The notes under the pieces were generated by a model. That model was not told the origin of the DNA and ran no database searches. It worked only from the letters and a program-made list of their open reading frames with translations. Both the position numbers and the translations under genes were made by a program. A stretch of 63,856 nucleotides of DNA, counting the filler, from Salisapilia sapeloensis CBS 127946 (Eukaryota > Protista > Oomycota): NCBI GenBank assembly GCA_023334545.1. It is 17 parts of 17 records of this genome, joined end to end, with 100 filler letters (N's around TTAATTAATTAA, not from the genome) between each part and the next. Parts side by side here need not be neighbours in the genome. Positions count along the whole stretch, not along the records: positions 8,326 to 13,732 come from JAADVB010000620.1; positions 13,833 to 37,203 come from JAADVB010000267.1; 15 more parts are not named here. One strand, 5' to 3'. Positions within the stretch are counted from its first letter, which is position 1, and every line of letters begins with the position of its first letter. This document shows, one piece after another, positions 10,358-23,310 of the stretch.

Positions 10358-11665
10358 AGCATCCTTTCTTTCTACAAACGTGTTCTACAATCAAGTAGCG
10401 AATTCATATATACCTTTAATCAATTGCCAACTCATGCTGTCCCGGTGTAAAGCTACAACCACTTGTTTTCTAGGCTTTTAAAGAAAAACCTCTAATTCGT
10501 TTTGTCGAGCAATCCGAACTTACAAAAAATTTAGCGATGGTGTTTTGTTTAAACACTGGCTACTGCAAAAGTAATTTACTAGGCTGTGTTTCAAGTTTCA
10601 AACGGAAATGCACATTATAGCGTATTAAGTCCACTCAGAATGATCGTCGACGCATAGTATATAATATTAAAATCATGCCGACTATCTGCTGCGTGCAATC
10701 ACATAATTCTTTTGCTTCAATACTCACGGAAACGTATTTGACAGCATCTACTAAACCAACTCTCATTATTTTATTATTAACGTAAAATTATCGCGCACAA
10801 ACAGGCTACTGGCTTGAACACAGCATAGACAAAGCTATCATTATAGCATCTTTCGACTTCTACCGCTGTTGAGTTGCATTTTGTCTTCTGGTTCATAATA
10901 CGGCTTTAAAAGACTTTCACATTTAACATTCTCGATGTATCTCACTCTCCTCCCCTCTAGCTAACTGCAACTCAGGATGTTTTATTACTTTCGTACGTAA
11001 AAGTAGTTCTTTTTATCATTTGAGTTTTACCATCGACTCTCATGAAGCCATGCTGCTCTTCTTATTATCTACAGGTACTTCTTGAATAATATCACTCATC
11101 TCCAAACGTACGCACCTAGAATGTATTCACGCGGTTTATCCTCTCTATCCAATCTTTTCTCTATCTAGCTCCCTGCTATTTCTGTCAAACTTGATTAAGC
11201 ATGCCATATCGCCTTTGCACTTCATATCAAGTTATGATCGTTGAATGACGAAATCAACTAGTGGCAAGTTGCAAAACCCACGCTGTAGGCATCAATTGAG
11301 ATGCTTGTTCTCCTGAGAGGGTGCGAACTTGACGACAAGTTTCAAGTAGGTATCCATTTCCAGATGAAAGACAAGAAACTTAGATATCATCCGCTAATAC
11401 CTTCAGTAGTCCAGACTTTAACTTGCCAAGCAAGTAATATATCCATGTTGTATTTGCATTTAGCCTATACATGGTCAAAGCAATGTCTATTATTGTATGT
11501 CCGAATGCAGCCTCGTGGGCCGATTAGGAAGCGGTGCCTTATAAGCCGGCTCTCTGCACCCATTTTAGCGCAGTCGTCGGACTCGAGAACGTTTGTTTCG
11601 ACTGTAATGCATTATAATGATGTCAAAGAGAGGCTGTTATTCACTCAATCCAGATAGAAGGATAA

Positions 11666-13123
11666 CTAAAGGGAATGCACTGACCCGTATATGCCCCTAC
11701 GAACACTAGAACTGCCAGGAGCAGCTCGGTGGCTGACTTCACTATCATGCTGGTATGAGTTGATGATCAGCGACGTATACTGGTCAATGTCAGGCATGGC
11801 GTCTTCAGACCAATTCTGCGAATGCTTGCCGCCAAATCTTCCCTGGTGGAACGAGAAGGATTCTTGAATGGAAGGGCGACGGTTCTTGTTCATGTTTTCC
11901 GTAGGCGTCGACAATGTCTTCCACGATCCAGTTGAATTAGCTCTTGACAATTTGCTCCCGCCCGTCACGAAATAGTACTGACTACGCACAAGTGCTGTCA
12001 GCTCTTCCTCAATCTGCAGCAGCCTTGCCTCGAGGTCAACATCATTCGCGTCCAGTCCAAACGGACACTCAATCTCCATTGCCACTTGATCCGCCGCGAA
12101 CAAGAAGATCGCCCACATGAATACCCACAGAGGTGTATAGAATTCAGATCCAGGGACGATGACGAGAGTGTAGAAACACAAGTAGCCGACAATGAGCAAT
12201 TGGATAAACTGGATGTAGTTGAACGGAATCGGAATGTTGGCTATGTTGTCCACCGTTGTGAACATGTTTGGTAGCTGGGCGATCTTCCCATGCATGGCAC
12301 TAGCTGCTGGGGCAGTCAGATGTCCACGTTGAGCAGCAACCTCCACCAGCCTCTTTAGCCACAGTTCGACGATGGTTGCCCGAAGTTTGTGAGGTGCACG
12401 ATCGGCATCCCAACTGAGTGGATTGATGGCATGTTTTGGTGTTTCTACGCCACAAGCCAACAGCTCCTGATACTCACTCTCCGGAAGCATACCGGATTCT
12501 CTCATCTTTTTAATTCCGTCCGTGCCACGACATTCATGAAAGACAATAGCCACATACAGAAAAGTTAGTCGGCGCAATTCGGTGAAGAACGTACACTTCT
12601 CCAGAAGTTGCAATGGCACATTGTCTGATGTCAGTGGTTCCTCTTCACTAAATTTTGGAGACGATGACTTGTCAGTGTCTTCTGAAGGCGATGCCAGGTG
12701 ATGATCCTTAAGCACAGCAGGCGCGGATTCTTGCTTCTCCGTCTTCCTTCCTGGTGTCTCGGATACGTCTCCAAAGGCCGTAGCAGTGCTTACATAGCTA
12801 CAGCCGGATGCGACTAGTCCTCGCGCAGCTTCAGCCAGTGATCCCAATGCGACAATACCAGATCTCCATTGCTGGAAAGCGGAGTTGAGACGAAAGGACA
12901 TGATGAGACCGACGAACGTGTTAAAAACAGTCAAAGTGTCGGAGAAAGCCACGGATTCAGACGTCGTGGTCAGGAACGGAGAGTAGTTGTTAATAGCCGC
13001 GACGACGAGGGCAAGGAGAGCCATGAGGAAGGCTCGAACTGGAGCAGGGCCATTGAGAGCAGAGCCGTGCCATCTCAGTAAAATTTCCCAAAGCCACAAT
13101 CGATCGGAGCTGTAGTAGATCAT
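11666..13123 (-). CDS. Bestrophin-family (UPF0187-like) anion channel
   Basis: Motifs FRLNSAFQQW, IPIPFNY and EIECPFGLDANDVDL; 485 aa with TM segments. Confidence 0.9.
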   Translation of the reverse strand: MIYYSSDRLWLWEILLRWHGSALNGPAPVRAFLMALLALVVAAINNYSPFLTTTSESVAFSDTLTVFNTFVGLIMSFRLNSAFQQWRSGIVALGSLAEAARGLVASGCSYVSTATAFGDVSETPGRKTEKQESAPAVLKDHHLASPSEDTDKSSSPKFSEEEPLTSDNVPLQLLEKCTFFTELRRLTFLYVAIVFHECRGTDGIKKMRESGMLPESEYQELLACGVETPKHAINPLSWDADRAPHKLRATIVELWLKRLVEVAAQRGHLTAPAASAMHGKIAQLPNMFTTVDNIANIPIPFNYIQFIQLLIVGYLCFYTLVIVPGSEFYTPLWVFMWAIFLFAADQVAMEIECPFGLDANDVDLEARLLQIEEELTALVRSQYYFVTGGSKLSRANSTGSWKTLSTPTENMNKNRRPSIQESFSFHQGRFGGKHSQNWSEDAMPDIDQYTSLIINSYQHDSEVSHRAAPGSSSVRRGIYGSVHSL

Positions 13124-13567
13124 GGATGCTCGACTCTTCGTACGTCCGTCGCAAATGCAAGAATGAGATCGCTCAAGATGCTATTTTGGTCTGCAGTCTG
13201 GAGGATCCCTAAACTTTTTTAAACGTCTGACCAGATGCGCTAGCGTTTATGGAGCAGCGTCTATACGTTTGATGTATCCAAGCTAATTTTTGGCAAACGG
13301 CACTCCGAGTGCGTATGAGCCGCCGTGTACAGAAAGTTTTACCATGGGCGGGCACTTCTGCTTCTACTTCTCCAGCCAAGCAGACGTCCGGCGAGACTCA
13401 TCACCTGATAAGCCGTTTCAAGATACTAGGCGCTGGCACGATGCTCCAAATTTTCTAGATTACCATCTGAGTGGAAACCTACACAATAGATACATCTTTT
13501 GTCCGAGAGAATTAAATAGTCACGATGACAACACAAGTGTGGTCTTATAGGCTCAAGTTAATCGGTC

Positions 13568-13732
13568 TTAAGCATTGTTTCCATTGATGGGCTGGTAACC
13601 TTCACGACGCTGGCGGACGATCTTGAAAATCACGTACGCGACGACCACGACCGTGTCGATGGCAATGACCACCAGCAGAACGTAGAGCCACAGGAACGGA
13701 ATCACCATCGGCTCCGACGGGCGCGGCAGGCC
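13568..13732 (-). CDS. 3' end of a gene encoding a C-terminal TM anchor (5'-partial)
   Basis: GLPRPSEPMVIPFLWLYVLLVVIAIDTVVVVAYVIFKIVRQRREGYQPINGNNA* runs from the contig edge. Confidence 0.65.
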   Translation of the reverse strand, partial: GLPRPSEPMVIPFLWLYVLLVVIAIDTVVVVAYVIFKIVRQRREGYQPINGNNA

Positions 13733-13832
13733 NNNNNNNNNNNNNNNNNNNNNNNNNNNNNNNNNNNNNNNNNNNNTTAATTAATTAANNNNNNNNNNNN
13801 NNNNNNNNNNNNNNNNNNNNNNNNNNNNNNNN

Positions 13833-14090
13833 GATGGTCAAGTCCAGGTGCTCATAGTTCGGAAGTGGAAGCGTGTGGAGCTCGAGTCCTTGTATCTGCT
13901 TCGCCAGCATCCGGAACTTGCCTCGAGCATCATAGTACGTGTCGGAGAAGAGTCCCTCAGCCGTGGCATTCGCTGTGGGCGAAGGTGGGAGGTGGACATC
14001 CAACGGCGCAAATCCGTGCTGCACACGCAGTACTAGTGAGAGTATACCGACCGCAAAGGCGAATATCCATGGCATTGATGAGACCGACAT
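13833..14090 (-). CDS. DUF2817 / M14-like metallopeptidase-family protein, N-terminus (3'-partial)
   Basis: Signal or anchor WIFAFAVGILSLVL, then FSDTYYDARGKF...GLELHTLPL...LDLTI, typical of the DUF2817 N-terminus. Confidence 0.6.
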
Positions 14091-14305
14091 GGCCTTTGGA
14101 GGGAAGAGATCAAAATGAAGTGGCGAAAAAGGGAACGGATATGACCGCCACGCACTTGAAGTTGCGTATGTGTCTCTTACGAGAAATACCTGATACCACT
14201 AATAATAAAATTGGTTGGACATCGCTACCAGCTTTGTACTCTGCCTGGTCACATCCATCTTCATCCTCTTCACGACCTTGTACAGTTGAACGACCGGAAT
14301 ACACT

Positions 14306-15811
14306 ATGGATACTGCGAAGATTGAGAATGTGACTACTACGGATGAATCGATGTATATTCCAACAGAGACGGTGGAAAACGCCGCTGGTACTGCCAATGA
14401 GCAGCAAGAGCAGGTAGAAGATAATGATCGTACGGAAGATGAGCAGCCTGATCATCGTGATACACCTGCAGCAACGACGGAAGACAATAGAAGTGGTCAA
14501 CCACTGTCAGATCTAGATGTGGCAGCTCAATATGCCGATCAGGAGATGCAGTCCATGATGCAGCAATTGGAGAGCACGACTGTAAAGGCACCTTTTAATC
14601 CACCACAAATCGAAGAAGCGGATGAAGACGAGTCGTCCGAGTCGGAAGATGAGTCTAAGGACGAAGAAGAACAAATTGGTGAGGATCAAGCTGCTTTACG
14701 AGAAGAGATAGAGGAAGGGATGGCCAAGGACAGTTCAAAGACAACTAGTCCGTTGCGTACTCCGAATGAGGTTTCGAGTGTTCCTGTGCAAGAACCGGAT
14801 GTGGATCAGTTGACAGCCGAGACATCCATTGCACCTTGTGGAGAGATCTTAAACATCAGTCGCATCGGATTAAACGCGACAATCAAAACCACGTCAGCCA
14901 TGTCGAAGCCGTTGGACGAAGGCAGCATCCTGTGCTTTGAAGATCGAAGCGTCCTAGGATGTGTAGATGAACTCTTTGGTCCGATTGCCATGCCGCTATA
15001 CCTCGTACGTTTCGCTGATGCTTCCAAGATACCCGCACAAGCAACGAATGGAATGCCAGTGTTCTACGCAACAGACAAGGCGCAATACGTTGTGCCAGAG
15101 CATCTTCATTCGAAAGGTACCGACGCCTCTAACATCTATGACGAAGAGACAGAAGAGGTCGAGTACTCGGACGATGAACAAGAACGAGCTGCTAAGCGTA
15201 GCAGTCGGAAGCGAAGTAGACAACCTCGTCAAGAGCAGACGGAGTTTATTGGTCCAGCGACTAATCCGCACCCACAGGCTTCACGATCCCAAAAGTCTCC
15301 ACCACGTCGTGGTGTCTACTCTGCTGAGCCATCGAAGCAACGTACGGCGGTGGGAGGACCGACAAAATACACGCAGCCGTCGTGGAATGCACCAGCGAGA
15401 GGTCAGCAAGCGTACCATGCTTCTCCAATGCAGCAGCGATCTGGTGAACGAGGCAGAGGCTATCCTCCTCGTCACCAGGATCAACCGCCGCAGCAGTATC
15501 CTCAGCCAATGTATCAGCAAGCTCATATGCCGATGCATCCACCGATGCCTCCTCATAGCCAGTATGCGCCTCCGATGTATGCGCCTCCGCAGCAGCCGTA
15601 TCAGCAGCCTGGCAATCCGTACCAGCCTCCGATGCAGTACTACCAGGCTCCTCCACAACAGCCACCGAGAGGCATGCCACCAAGGCAGCAGTATCCAGGA
15701 GGTGGCTATGCACCAAGTCCGCAGCCGCCAGGAGCATACCCTCCGTCGCAGCAGTACCAGTACCAACCGCCGAGACAGCCACCAAGACAGCAGTACCCCC
15801 GTGGATGGTAG
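14306..15811 (+). CDS. NAF1: H/ACA RNP assembly factor NAF1 (Gar1/Naf1 domain)
   Basis: Acidic N-terminus; PLDEGSILCFEDRSVLGCVDELFGPIAMPLYLVRF; KGTDASNIYDEE...EYSDDEQE; Pro/Gln/Tyr-rich tail. Start placed at MDTAKIE because the upstream ORF extension overlaps the divergent gene. Confidence 0.93.
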   Translation: MDTAKIENVTTTDESMYIPTETVENAAGTANEQQEQVEDNDRTEDEQPDHRDTPAATTEDNRSGQPLSDLDVAAQYADQEMQSMMQQLESTTVKAPFNPPQIEEADEDESSESEDESKDEEEQIGEDQAALREEIEEGMAKDSSKTTSPLRTPNEVSSVPVQEPDVDQLTAETSIAPCGEILNISRIGLNATIKTTSAMSKPLDEGSILCFEDRSVLGCVDELFGPIAMPLYLVRFADASKIPAQATNGMPVFYATDKAQYVVPEHLHSKGTDASNIYDEETEEVEYSDDEQERAAKRSSRKRSRQPRQEQTEFIGPATNPHPQASRSQKSPPRRGVYSAEPSKQRTAVGGPTKYTQPSWNAPARGQQAYHASPMQQRSGERGRGYPPRHQDQPPQQYPQPMYQQAHMPMHPPMPPHSQYAPPMYAPPQQPYQQPGNPYQPPMQYYQAPPQQPPRGMPPRQQYPGGGYAPSPQPPGAYPPSQQYQYQPPRQPPRQQYPRGW

Positions 15812-16517
15812 ATAAGGTGTACATATATCTTTGGAATAGACGCGAGGATGAATGATTTGCTTTTAGGATAATAAAATGGATCTTGACTGGAAGATGATTT
15901 TTTGTGTAATTATAGAGAGATAGCTAGAGGATACATGCGCATTTAAATGCTTTAAATGGGATGCAGGATGCGTCCTCTTACCATTGACAAGACACTTGGA
16001 CAGAATGATTAGGTAGCATTTTGTCCAGCTTATCAGTAGTAAGATTTACATGGATACTGTTGAGGTAAAGCATAAGGATTCCTTGACTTGAAAGAAACCT
16101 CAGTTGCCAATGCAAAAGTACTCAATTAGTACATACCTCAAAGTAGCTCCCGTCTTGTTTTCTTGAGGAGCACGCAGGTCATAGGATGACTCGAATGATA
16201 TACAACGCATTGCTGCGTACTGGCGTCTCAAAAGCATTAAAGCATACATTTTAATGGCATCTAGCAAGAATCCACTTTGCTACTAGCTACGTATGTCAGC
16301 GTGCATGCGCTCAAAACACTACCGGCTATCGAGAGAAGACAGCCGTGACCTCAATGCACAATTACATACAGGTGTCCCATTTTTACTTGCTTTCACTATG
16401 TCATGTGGTCCGCTTCTGACGCTCGAGAGGCACGACGGAAAGTCAGACCGCATATTCGCTCGATAACTCGTACACTGACGTCGTGTGCTTCGAGCGAAAC
16501 CACACTGGCGCACCAAT

Positions 16518-17931
16518 ATGCACTTGCCACACATTCTCCTCGCGATTTCCTCCATCTACCTTCCATCTGCATACGGTACGCTCCTGCAATACTCTAACAA
16601 TAGAGACTTGACATGACATTCATGATAAATATTTTATAGGCGTGACCTCCTGTGATGAGTGCACGGATGGGTCGACGTGCATTATCCAAGACTTGTCGTC
16701 CACCTTCTCTGGTGGAGGTAATAAACTCCGGATGAAAGTCTGCAACTTTGACAGTGACAAGGCCGATTTCCGATTCAGTGTCGCCCCCAGCGTTTCGTGT
16801 GGTGACGAAGACATCAATATGCCGTCCGTCGACTCTGCTGAAGCCGTAGGCGACTGTGATGAAGCTGCATGTGAAGTGGTTGTGACGTTCGACGATCCTA
16901 TCGACTGGGCACTCGCATTAAACCCAAGTGGAGAGGGTGCATCTCCTCGTTTGCTACAGGCTAAAGTCGGCGATGGCGATGCTGTCGTCCAAATCGCCCA
17001 TACTTACGCAGAGAATGCAGGAGCTGAAGTATCAGCATCTGAAGACGAAGAGCTGTCGATCTGTGCCGTGGAAGCGAAGATCAAGGGGAGTAAATTGTCG
17101 TTTAACAGCAAATGCAATGCCGTCGCGAGCTGCCAAGGATCCAACGACACGTCTTCTTGCTCTGGAGATTCACTGTTAGGAGACTGGACTTCAATCAAAG
17201 ACGTCGAGTGCGATAAAGAGGCATGTAAAGGCGTCATAGCGATTGGCAACGGCATGCCGTGTGATGCGTATCAAGGCGATAACTCGAAGCTCGTGGCTGC
17301 TGTTACCGTAGCGGATAGTGTTCAGTCCAACTTTGCGCCCGTCGCTCAATTGGTCAAGCCAAGCACCAACATCTTGTCGGTGGAAGGCATGGACGTTGGC
17401 TCCTCTAGCTTTGTCTTGGAAACAGACGCGTCTTGTCCTGCCGCTGACGTACGAGTGAATGTGTCGACCTCCGACGGACAAGCTCTGGAGGTGGACGGTC
17501 AAGACGATAACTATGGTGTCTTGAATGTGACGCTTGCATCGCCTTTGGATGAAAAATACGTTGATCAGGAGCTGTCTTATGTCGTTGCACAGTGCGGCGT
17601 TGACGGCACAGCAGTGCAGGCTCTTGTAGGCGAGGACATGGTTATTGGTGAAGGCAACAGCAGTAGCTTGGAGGGAGATCGATCGGTCTCGTCTCATCTC
17701 ATCTCGAATAACTCGAAAGACTCGAGTGCATCTGCGACGCAGGAGTCTGACTCGAACGCTGGTTTATCTGGAGGCGTGTATGTCGGCATTGCCATCGGTG
17801 TCGTTGCGCTCATTGGATTTATCTTTGAATGTCTTCGTCATAAACGACAGCATCCACGAGCAAATTCGCAAGAAGCAATTCCTGCAACAGCAAACTCGTC
17901 GGAGATACCGGAAGGACATTATGCTATCTAG
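16518..17931 (+). CDS. Secreted/type I membrane Cys-containing protein of unknown function; join(16518..16575,16640..17931)
   Basis: Signal-peptide exon MHLPHILLAISSIYLPSAYG; GT-AG intron 16576-16639 keeps the frame; C-terminal TM GVYVGIAIGVVALIGFIF followed by RHKRQH. Confidence 0.8.
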
Positions 17932-18059
17932 TATGTAGCGAGAACCATGCAGTCACGAATGGCAATTGTTTTTTTGGCGTGACACTTTGTTCTTAACGAG
18001 GGAAAAGCAATGAATAAATATACCTACATGCTATGGATAAAGTTGCATTTGAAATTCGA

Positions 18060-20427
18060 TTAGGACGAGCGTTGCCGCGTTTGTCGAATACGTCTTGCAC
18101 GAAGTTTTGCTAGTTCTTTCTTCAAAGCATACTTCTTTGGCCCTGATAAGGAAGGGTTTTCGAGCTGATCAGCGATGTCATCGATCTGGCTATTGAGGAT
18201 GGAGAGACTGGATGATGAGCTGTCCTGGTTTAGTGATAGGTGTCCGCTTTCCACAGTAGGTTCATGCTCAGGTGGACGCAATTGTTCGGTATCGATGGTT
18301 GCCATGCTTTCTTGTACGTAAGACTTTGGAGGATGAAGGTTAGTATCGATTGGTAACTTGGTTTTGAGGTACTGCAGGATGGCTTGACTACCCTGTGCGA
18401 TAACAGCGCCTCGAACGGTCTTTTGTGGATTACCATTGATATAGATGGCGCGCAAGTTGGGACACAATGCTAATTCGCAAGGGATTGATGTCAGGTTGTT
18501 GTTTTCGATCGACAAGGAGGTAAGTTGTGGGCTGTCGTGGATATCACCGACGGATCGAAGCTTGTTGTCCGAGATACTCGCAACAGACAGGTGCTTCATG
18601 CAGTGCCATGGAAATGTGTCTAGAGTATCGATTTTGTTGTACGAAAGCAATAGACTTTCTAAAGACTCGAGTTGATGGATGCTTGATGGCATTTTAACAA
18701 GCTGATTGTTGCGTAGGTCAAGCTCCTATAAATGGTAACTTTAGTAAAACTTCGCTATGAGCCTCATGTAGCTATATGTTACCTTAAGAGACGAGCTTTT
18801 AATGCGATTACCGCCGATAAACTTGTTGACTTCTTCACTAGAAAGCTTGTTTTTTCTCAATTGCAGCACTTGGAGTTTCGGCAAAGTATCGATTGAGAAG
18901 CCAACACTCGAAATTGAATTGTTTTCCGCTTTTAATGTCTACAAACAAAACCTTTAGTAAATATACTGCATTAAAGTCGCTAAGACGTAGAGCTTACAAT
19001 AAGTGAGGTCAAATTGGAGACTTCCAAAGGCAGGGCTTTAAGTAGATTGTCCGAGACATCCAAGTGGAACAGAGGTGTGCTAACGGCAATATCATCCGAA
19101 GGTAGTGAAAATATCTGATGAGGAAGTTCATGTAGCTGCTGGCTGCACAGAGCCAACTTTCCAGAACTCGCTGTATCTCGAAGTAGACGATGCAAGTCAT
19201 TCGCAGCGAACGAGTTTGATAGTTCGCCTGGAGTGTCTGGTCGAGCGTGCTGTTGACGAGCAATTGCTAGTTCGTCCATTTCTTCTTCCAGTACATCCGT
19301 TTCTCCTACCGGTGGCGAACCTCTTGTTCGTAGATACTTTTTCAAAGCTTGGCATCCAGAGGACACGATGCCTCGTCGAATTGATCGCAACGGGTTGCCA
19401 TCGACTGAAAGATGCTGAAGGTGCTTCAAGTAACCCAGTCCAGGCGGTAGATCGGACAGATCATTATTGCTTACGTCCAATGTCTTCATGTGTACGAGCC
19501 GAGCTGCATCACCGGGCAAAGCTTTTATTTTGTTGTCACGCAGGTCGAGCACTGTTAGTCCTTGCTTTACCTGGAGGAGAGATAGAGCATCAACAGTAGT
19601 TAAGTTATTGAATCCCAAGAACAATTGGTCGAGAACGCTACTCTGTGGTAGCAGAGGAAAGCTAGCTAATCGGTTTTGCCTTAAATCCAGGTAAGTCACT
19701 TTCGTAAGATGCGTAAGAGCACTTCCGACGTCTTCGATTTGATTCTTACTCATGTCCAGTGTCTGAAGACGATCGAATGCAGTCCAGCTGGGTAAACACT
19801 TTAGTCTGTTGGAGCTTGCCGTAAGTGTGTGAAGCTTTGATAGGCTACTCATACTCTCCGGCAGCTCTTGTAGTAAGTTGCTGTCAATGCGAAGGGCTTC
19901 TAACTGAGTCATTCCACCGATCGAGTCGGGAAGTACAGATATCTGGTTATTACTCAAGCAAAGTTCCTTCAGTGCTACAAGCTGCCCAACACGTTCAGAT
20001 ATTTCACCTTGTAGTTTGTTACTGCTAACATCCAGGAAGACCAGATCTGACAAATCGTACAGTCCATCTGGAAGGTTAGAGATTTCATTCTGGTGGAGTT
20101 TGAGACTTTGTAAAGTAGCTATCTCTCCAATTTCATCCGAAATGCTTTGGATGTTGTTATGGCTCATATCGATCTTTATCAAGTCAACGCATTCCCACTT
20201 CTTTTCATCCTACAAGCCACAGTAAAGCATTATATCCAAACATTAGCGATGTACTATTAACAGTTTAAATATACTTTTTCTAAATGCTCTTCCAAGTGAT
20301 ATACTTGAGATGGAAATTCATCAAGTCTTCGATTCGGAAGGTTGAGTACACCAGTACGCCTTGCTTGTCGAAAAGCTCGTGTGCTCTGGTCACGACTCGG
20401 TGCCAATACAATATCCTGCCTCCTCAT
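18060..20427 (-). CDS. LRRC40-like leucine-rich repeat protein, paralog A (spliced)
   Basis: Exon 1 MRRQDIV...RQARRTGVLNLPNRRLDEFP; LRR exons in ORFs 18980-20182 and 18060-18692; LRRC40-type block LPPGLGYLKHL..L.VDGNPLRSIRR...LKKYLRTR. Confidence 0.85.
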
Positions 20428-20565
20428 TTCCAATTGCCGTCTCCAGTCGTCGTAAACGTCTACTCACTCGTCATGAAACGAACAAACTCAGACGTACGTA
20501 AATTGCAATATTCATCCTTGTTACAAGGTATTCGCGATCGTCTCATGCCTAACTACCGACACGAC

Positions 20566-23176
20566 TTACGCTTCCGACTGAAGCTGCTTGACCTGTCGAT
20601 TCCGCTGTGATCGTGCTTTCATCAAGTCCTTTTTGATCAACGCTTTCTTAGCGTCCGAGACCGAAAAGTCTTCCAACTGACGTTCCAAAGTAGCAATCTT
20701 ATCGTCCAGTTCTTTCACTACTTGCTCCACAGCATCAGCATCTGCTCCAGTTACCTTGGTCATTTTCTTATCTGGAGATGCAGACCATGGGAAGACAGTT
20801 GATGTTGGTTCCTGGTATCGTCGGATACGTTTCGGAATGGTATCTTCAAACGCATCTCTTGGACGTACAGCTCGTACGCCAGACGACGACCGACTTCTTC
20901 CAGATGATGAGCTGGATGCCTCTGATCGACTGCTCGTCGACGCTGCAACACTCTCCGTCTCCATGGTTTCTGTCGGTCCTTTTGGAGCTTCCGTCTTCTC
21001 TTCCTGTTCACTCGGCTCCTCCTGTGGCTGCATGCTTTCGTCTGTAGTTGTCGTCTGTTGTTCTGGCAGTCGACTACGAAGGTAGGCAAGGATAGCATCA
21101 GAGCCTTGTTGGATAATCTCTGGTCGAATGGCACGTTGAGGATTTCCAGTCACCATTAACGCTCGCAGCTGCGGACATTGTGCCAGTTCTGGTGGAATCT
21201 GTCGTAAGCTGTTGTTTTCAACCGAAAGAGACGTGAGGGAAGGAAGCGTATGCACGTCTCCAACGGATTCCAGTGCATTGTTCGAGACGTTCAGAATGGA
21301 CAAGTGCGCCATCTCTTTCCACTGGATGCCGTCCAACGCCATGATCTTGTTGGAAGCCAAAATGAGTGTATGTAGCTTCGTGAGTTTCGTTATAGACGTT
21401 GGTATCGCTGTCAAGGCATTATGACTGATATCTAGCTCTTCCAACGGACAAGAGACAGTAGATAAAAAGGCATCTAATGCATCTGTCGTCAAAGCATTCT
21501 TGCTCAGCTGTAGTCGACGTAAATGAGGTAACTTCGCGACGGAAGCATCTAAGGCCTCTAATCCACAGTCTTCTGCCACAAGTGTCCGAAGTTCCTGTAA
21601 GTCTCCAATTTCCGACGGCAACGACGTCAATTGGTTTTTTGACAAATCCAAATGCTTGAGTTTCGCCATAAAATCGTATTTACCTCGTGTCATCAATTCA
21701 CTCGGTAGCTCTTGTAGCTGCATGTCAGTTAACTGTAATTCGCCACTTGCTGCAGCATCTCGGAACAATGTCTCGTTCTTCGACAGGTCCAATTCTCCTT
21801 TCCTCTGTTTCATCTGAACTTCCATGTCATCCATCTCTGCTTCCAATGTGTCCACACCTTCAGGTGGTGGTCCTCTCGTCCGCAAGTACTTTAGTAAAGG
21901 AACCGTGCCGGCCTGTACAATCGCTCGACGAATACTTCGCATTGGATTCCCATCGACTAGTAAGTGATTCAGTTGCTTCAAGTAGCCTAGACCAGGAGGT
22001 AGGGTCTGTAGGTCGTTGTTGGACAAGTCGAGTGTCTTGAGGTGGACGAGATGCGCGACTTTGTCTGGCACTTCATATAGCTTATTGTCACGGACGGTTA
22101 GAATCGTCAAAGTCGTTTGAGCACGTAGTAAGGAAGACACATCGAGTGTACGCAACAAATTTGCTCCTAGCGACAGCTCATCTAGACTGTTCGGAGCTTC
22201 TGGAAGGAGTGGGAACTTGTCCAATCGATTTTGATTCAGGTCCAAGACACGAAGAGACTGCATTTGTGCGAAAATGGTACCCGTAGAGACAATTCGATTG
22301 CCCTTCAGATTAAGACTTGTTACTTTCACAAGCTGTTGGAAGGTAGAAGGCAGTTCTCGAAGCTGATTCGAGTGTATCGACAGCGTACGTAGATTCGTGA
22401 GGTCACCTGCGTACACATTGTTAGGCAGTTTTTACGTAGTACGGATATATTCTTCCTACCAATGGCGGATGGTAGTTGAGTAAGGCGGTTGGAATCCAAT
22501 TGAAGCGACTCCAAGGACGTTAGCTGTCCAATGGATTCAGGTAGTGCGGTCAAATTGTTATGGCTTAGGTCCAAATCTCGAAGTTTTGTCAGTTGGCAAA
22601 CTTCAGACGGTAGTTCCCCATGCAATAGATTGCTATGATCGTACGAGGTGAGAGATGTATTTATAAGCGTGTTAAGAATGGAGTACATACTGGCTGAGAT
22701 CGATAGAAGTCAGATTCTGGAGAGACCAGAAGCTTGTCGGAAGGTCATAAAGCTTGTTGTGGCGTACATTCAGTGTTGATAGGAACTCAAGCGTACTGAT
22801 GTTGGATGATAGTTCCTCCATTTCGTTTAAACTACACACCAAAGGAGATGAATAACCATTCGAATGCTTTTGACAGTGGTGATGAAGTCTACCTCAAGTC
22901 TAATTTCTTCAGAGGTTCACATTCCCAGCTCCGTTCATCCTATGCATGCCATATTCGTATAAATAGACGCAAATGTCTTATAAAATGCACTCGACGTACT
23001 TCTTCTAGCGTCTCATGCAGTCTGAGAACGTCCTCTGGAAAGCGTTTAAGCTCTCGGTTGGACATGTTTAGCTGCCCAGTCTGTCGAGCCTTCTTGAATA
23101 ACTGCTTATTCCCATTCGCCTTAGCATTGCTGCCACGCTGCTGACGCATACGCTCTCGATGCTGTGCAAAGCTCAT
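20566..23176 (-). CDS. LRRC40-like leucine-rich repeat protein, paralog B (spliced)
   Basis: Exon 1 MSFAQHRE...KKARQTGQLNMSNRELKRFP; LRR exons in ORFs 22326-22688 and 20566-22416; same conserved GNPMRSIRR...KYLRTR and GNPQRAIR blocks. Confidence 0.85.
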
Positions 23177-23310
23177 ACCGAAGTCTTCTGGCGGGGTTTT
23201 CAAGTTTTCAAAAGTGTCTCTTAATACAACACTCTTTTATTACAAAAATGTCAATCAAAACAAACGATGTTTCTGGTCACCCGATTCCTACTCGCCATCC
23301 ACACTCGATC

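Noticed and set aside
10579-10828. Imperfect inverted repeat (CTAGGCTGTGTTTCAAG / CTTGAACACAGCATAG) suggesting a ~250-bp MITE
   Set aside because: Short and mismatched, ambiguous TSD, no second copy in the window.
13865-14305. 147-aa N-terminal extension of the NAF1 ORF, and alternative-frame ORFs 14967-15815 and 15261-15824
   Set aside because: The extension overlaps the divergent DUF2817 gene and its promoter; the alternative frames arise from the low-complexity Pro/Gln tail.
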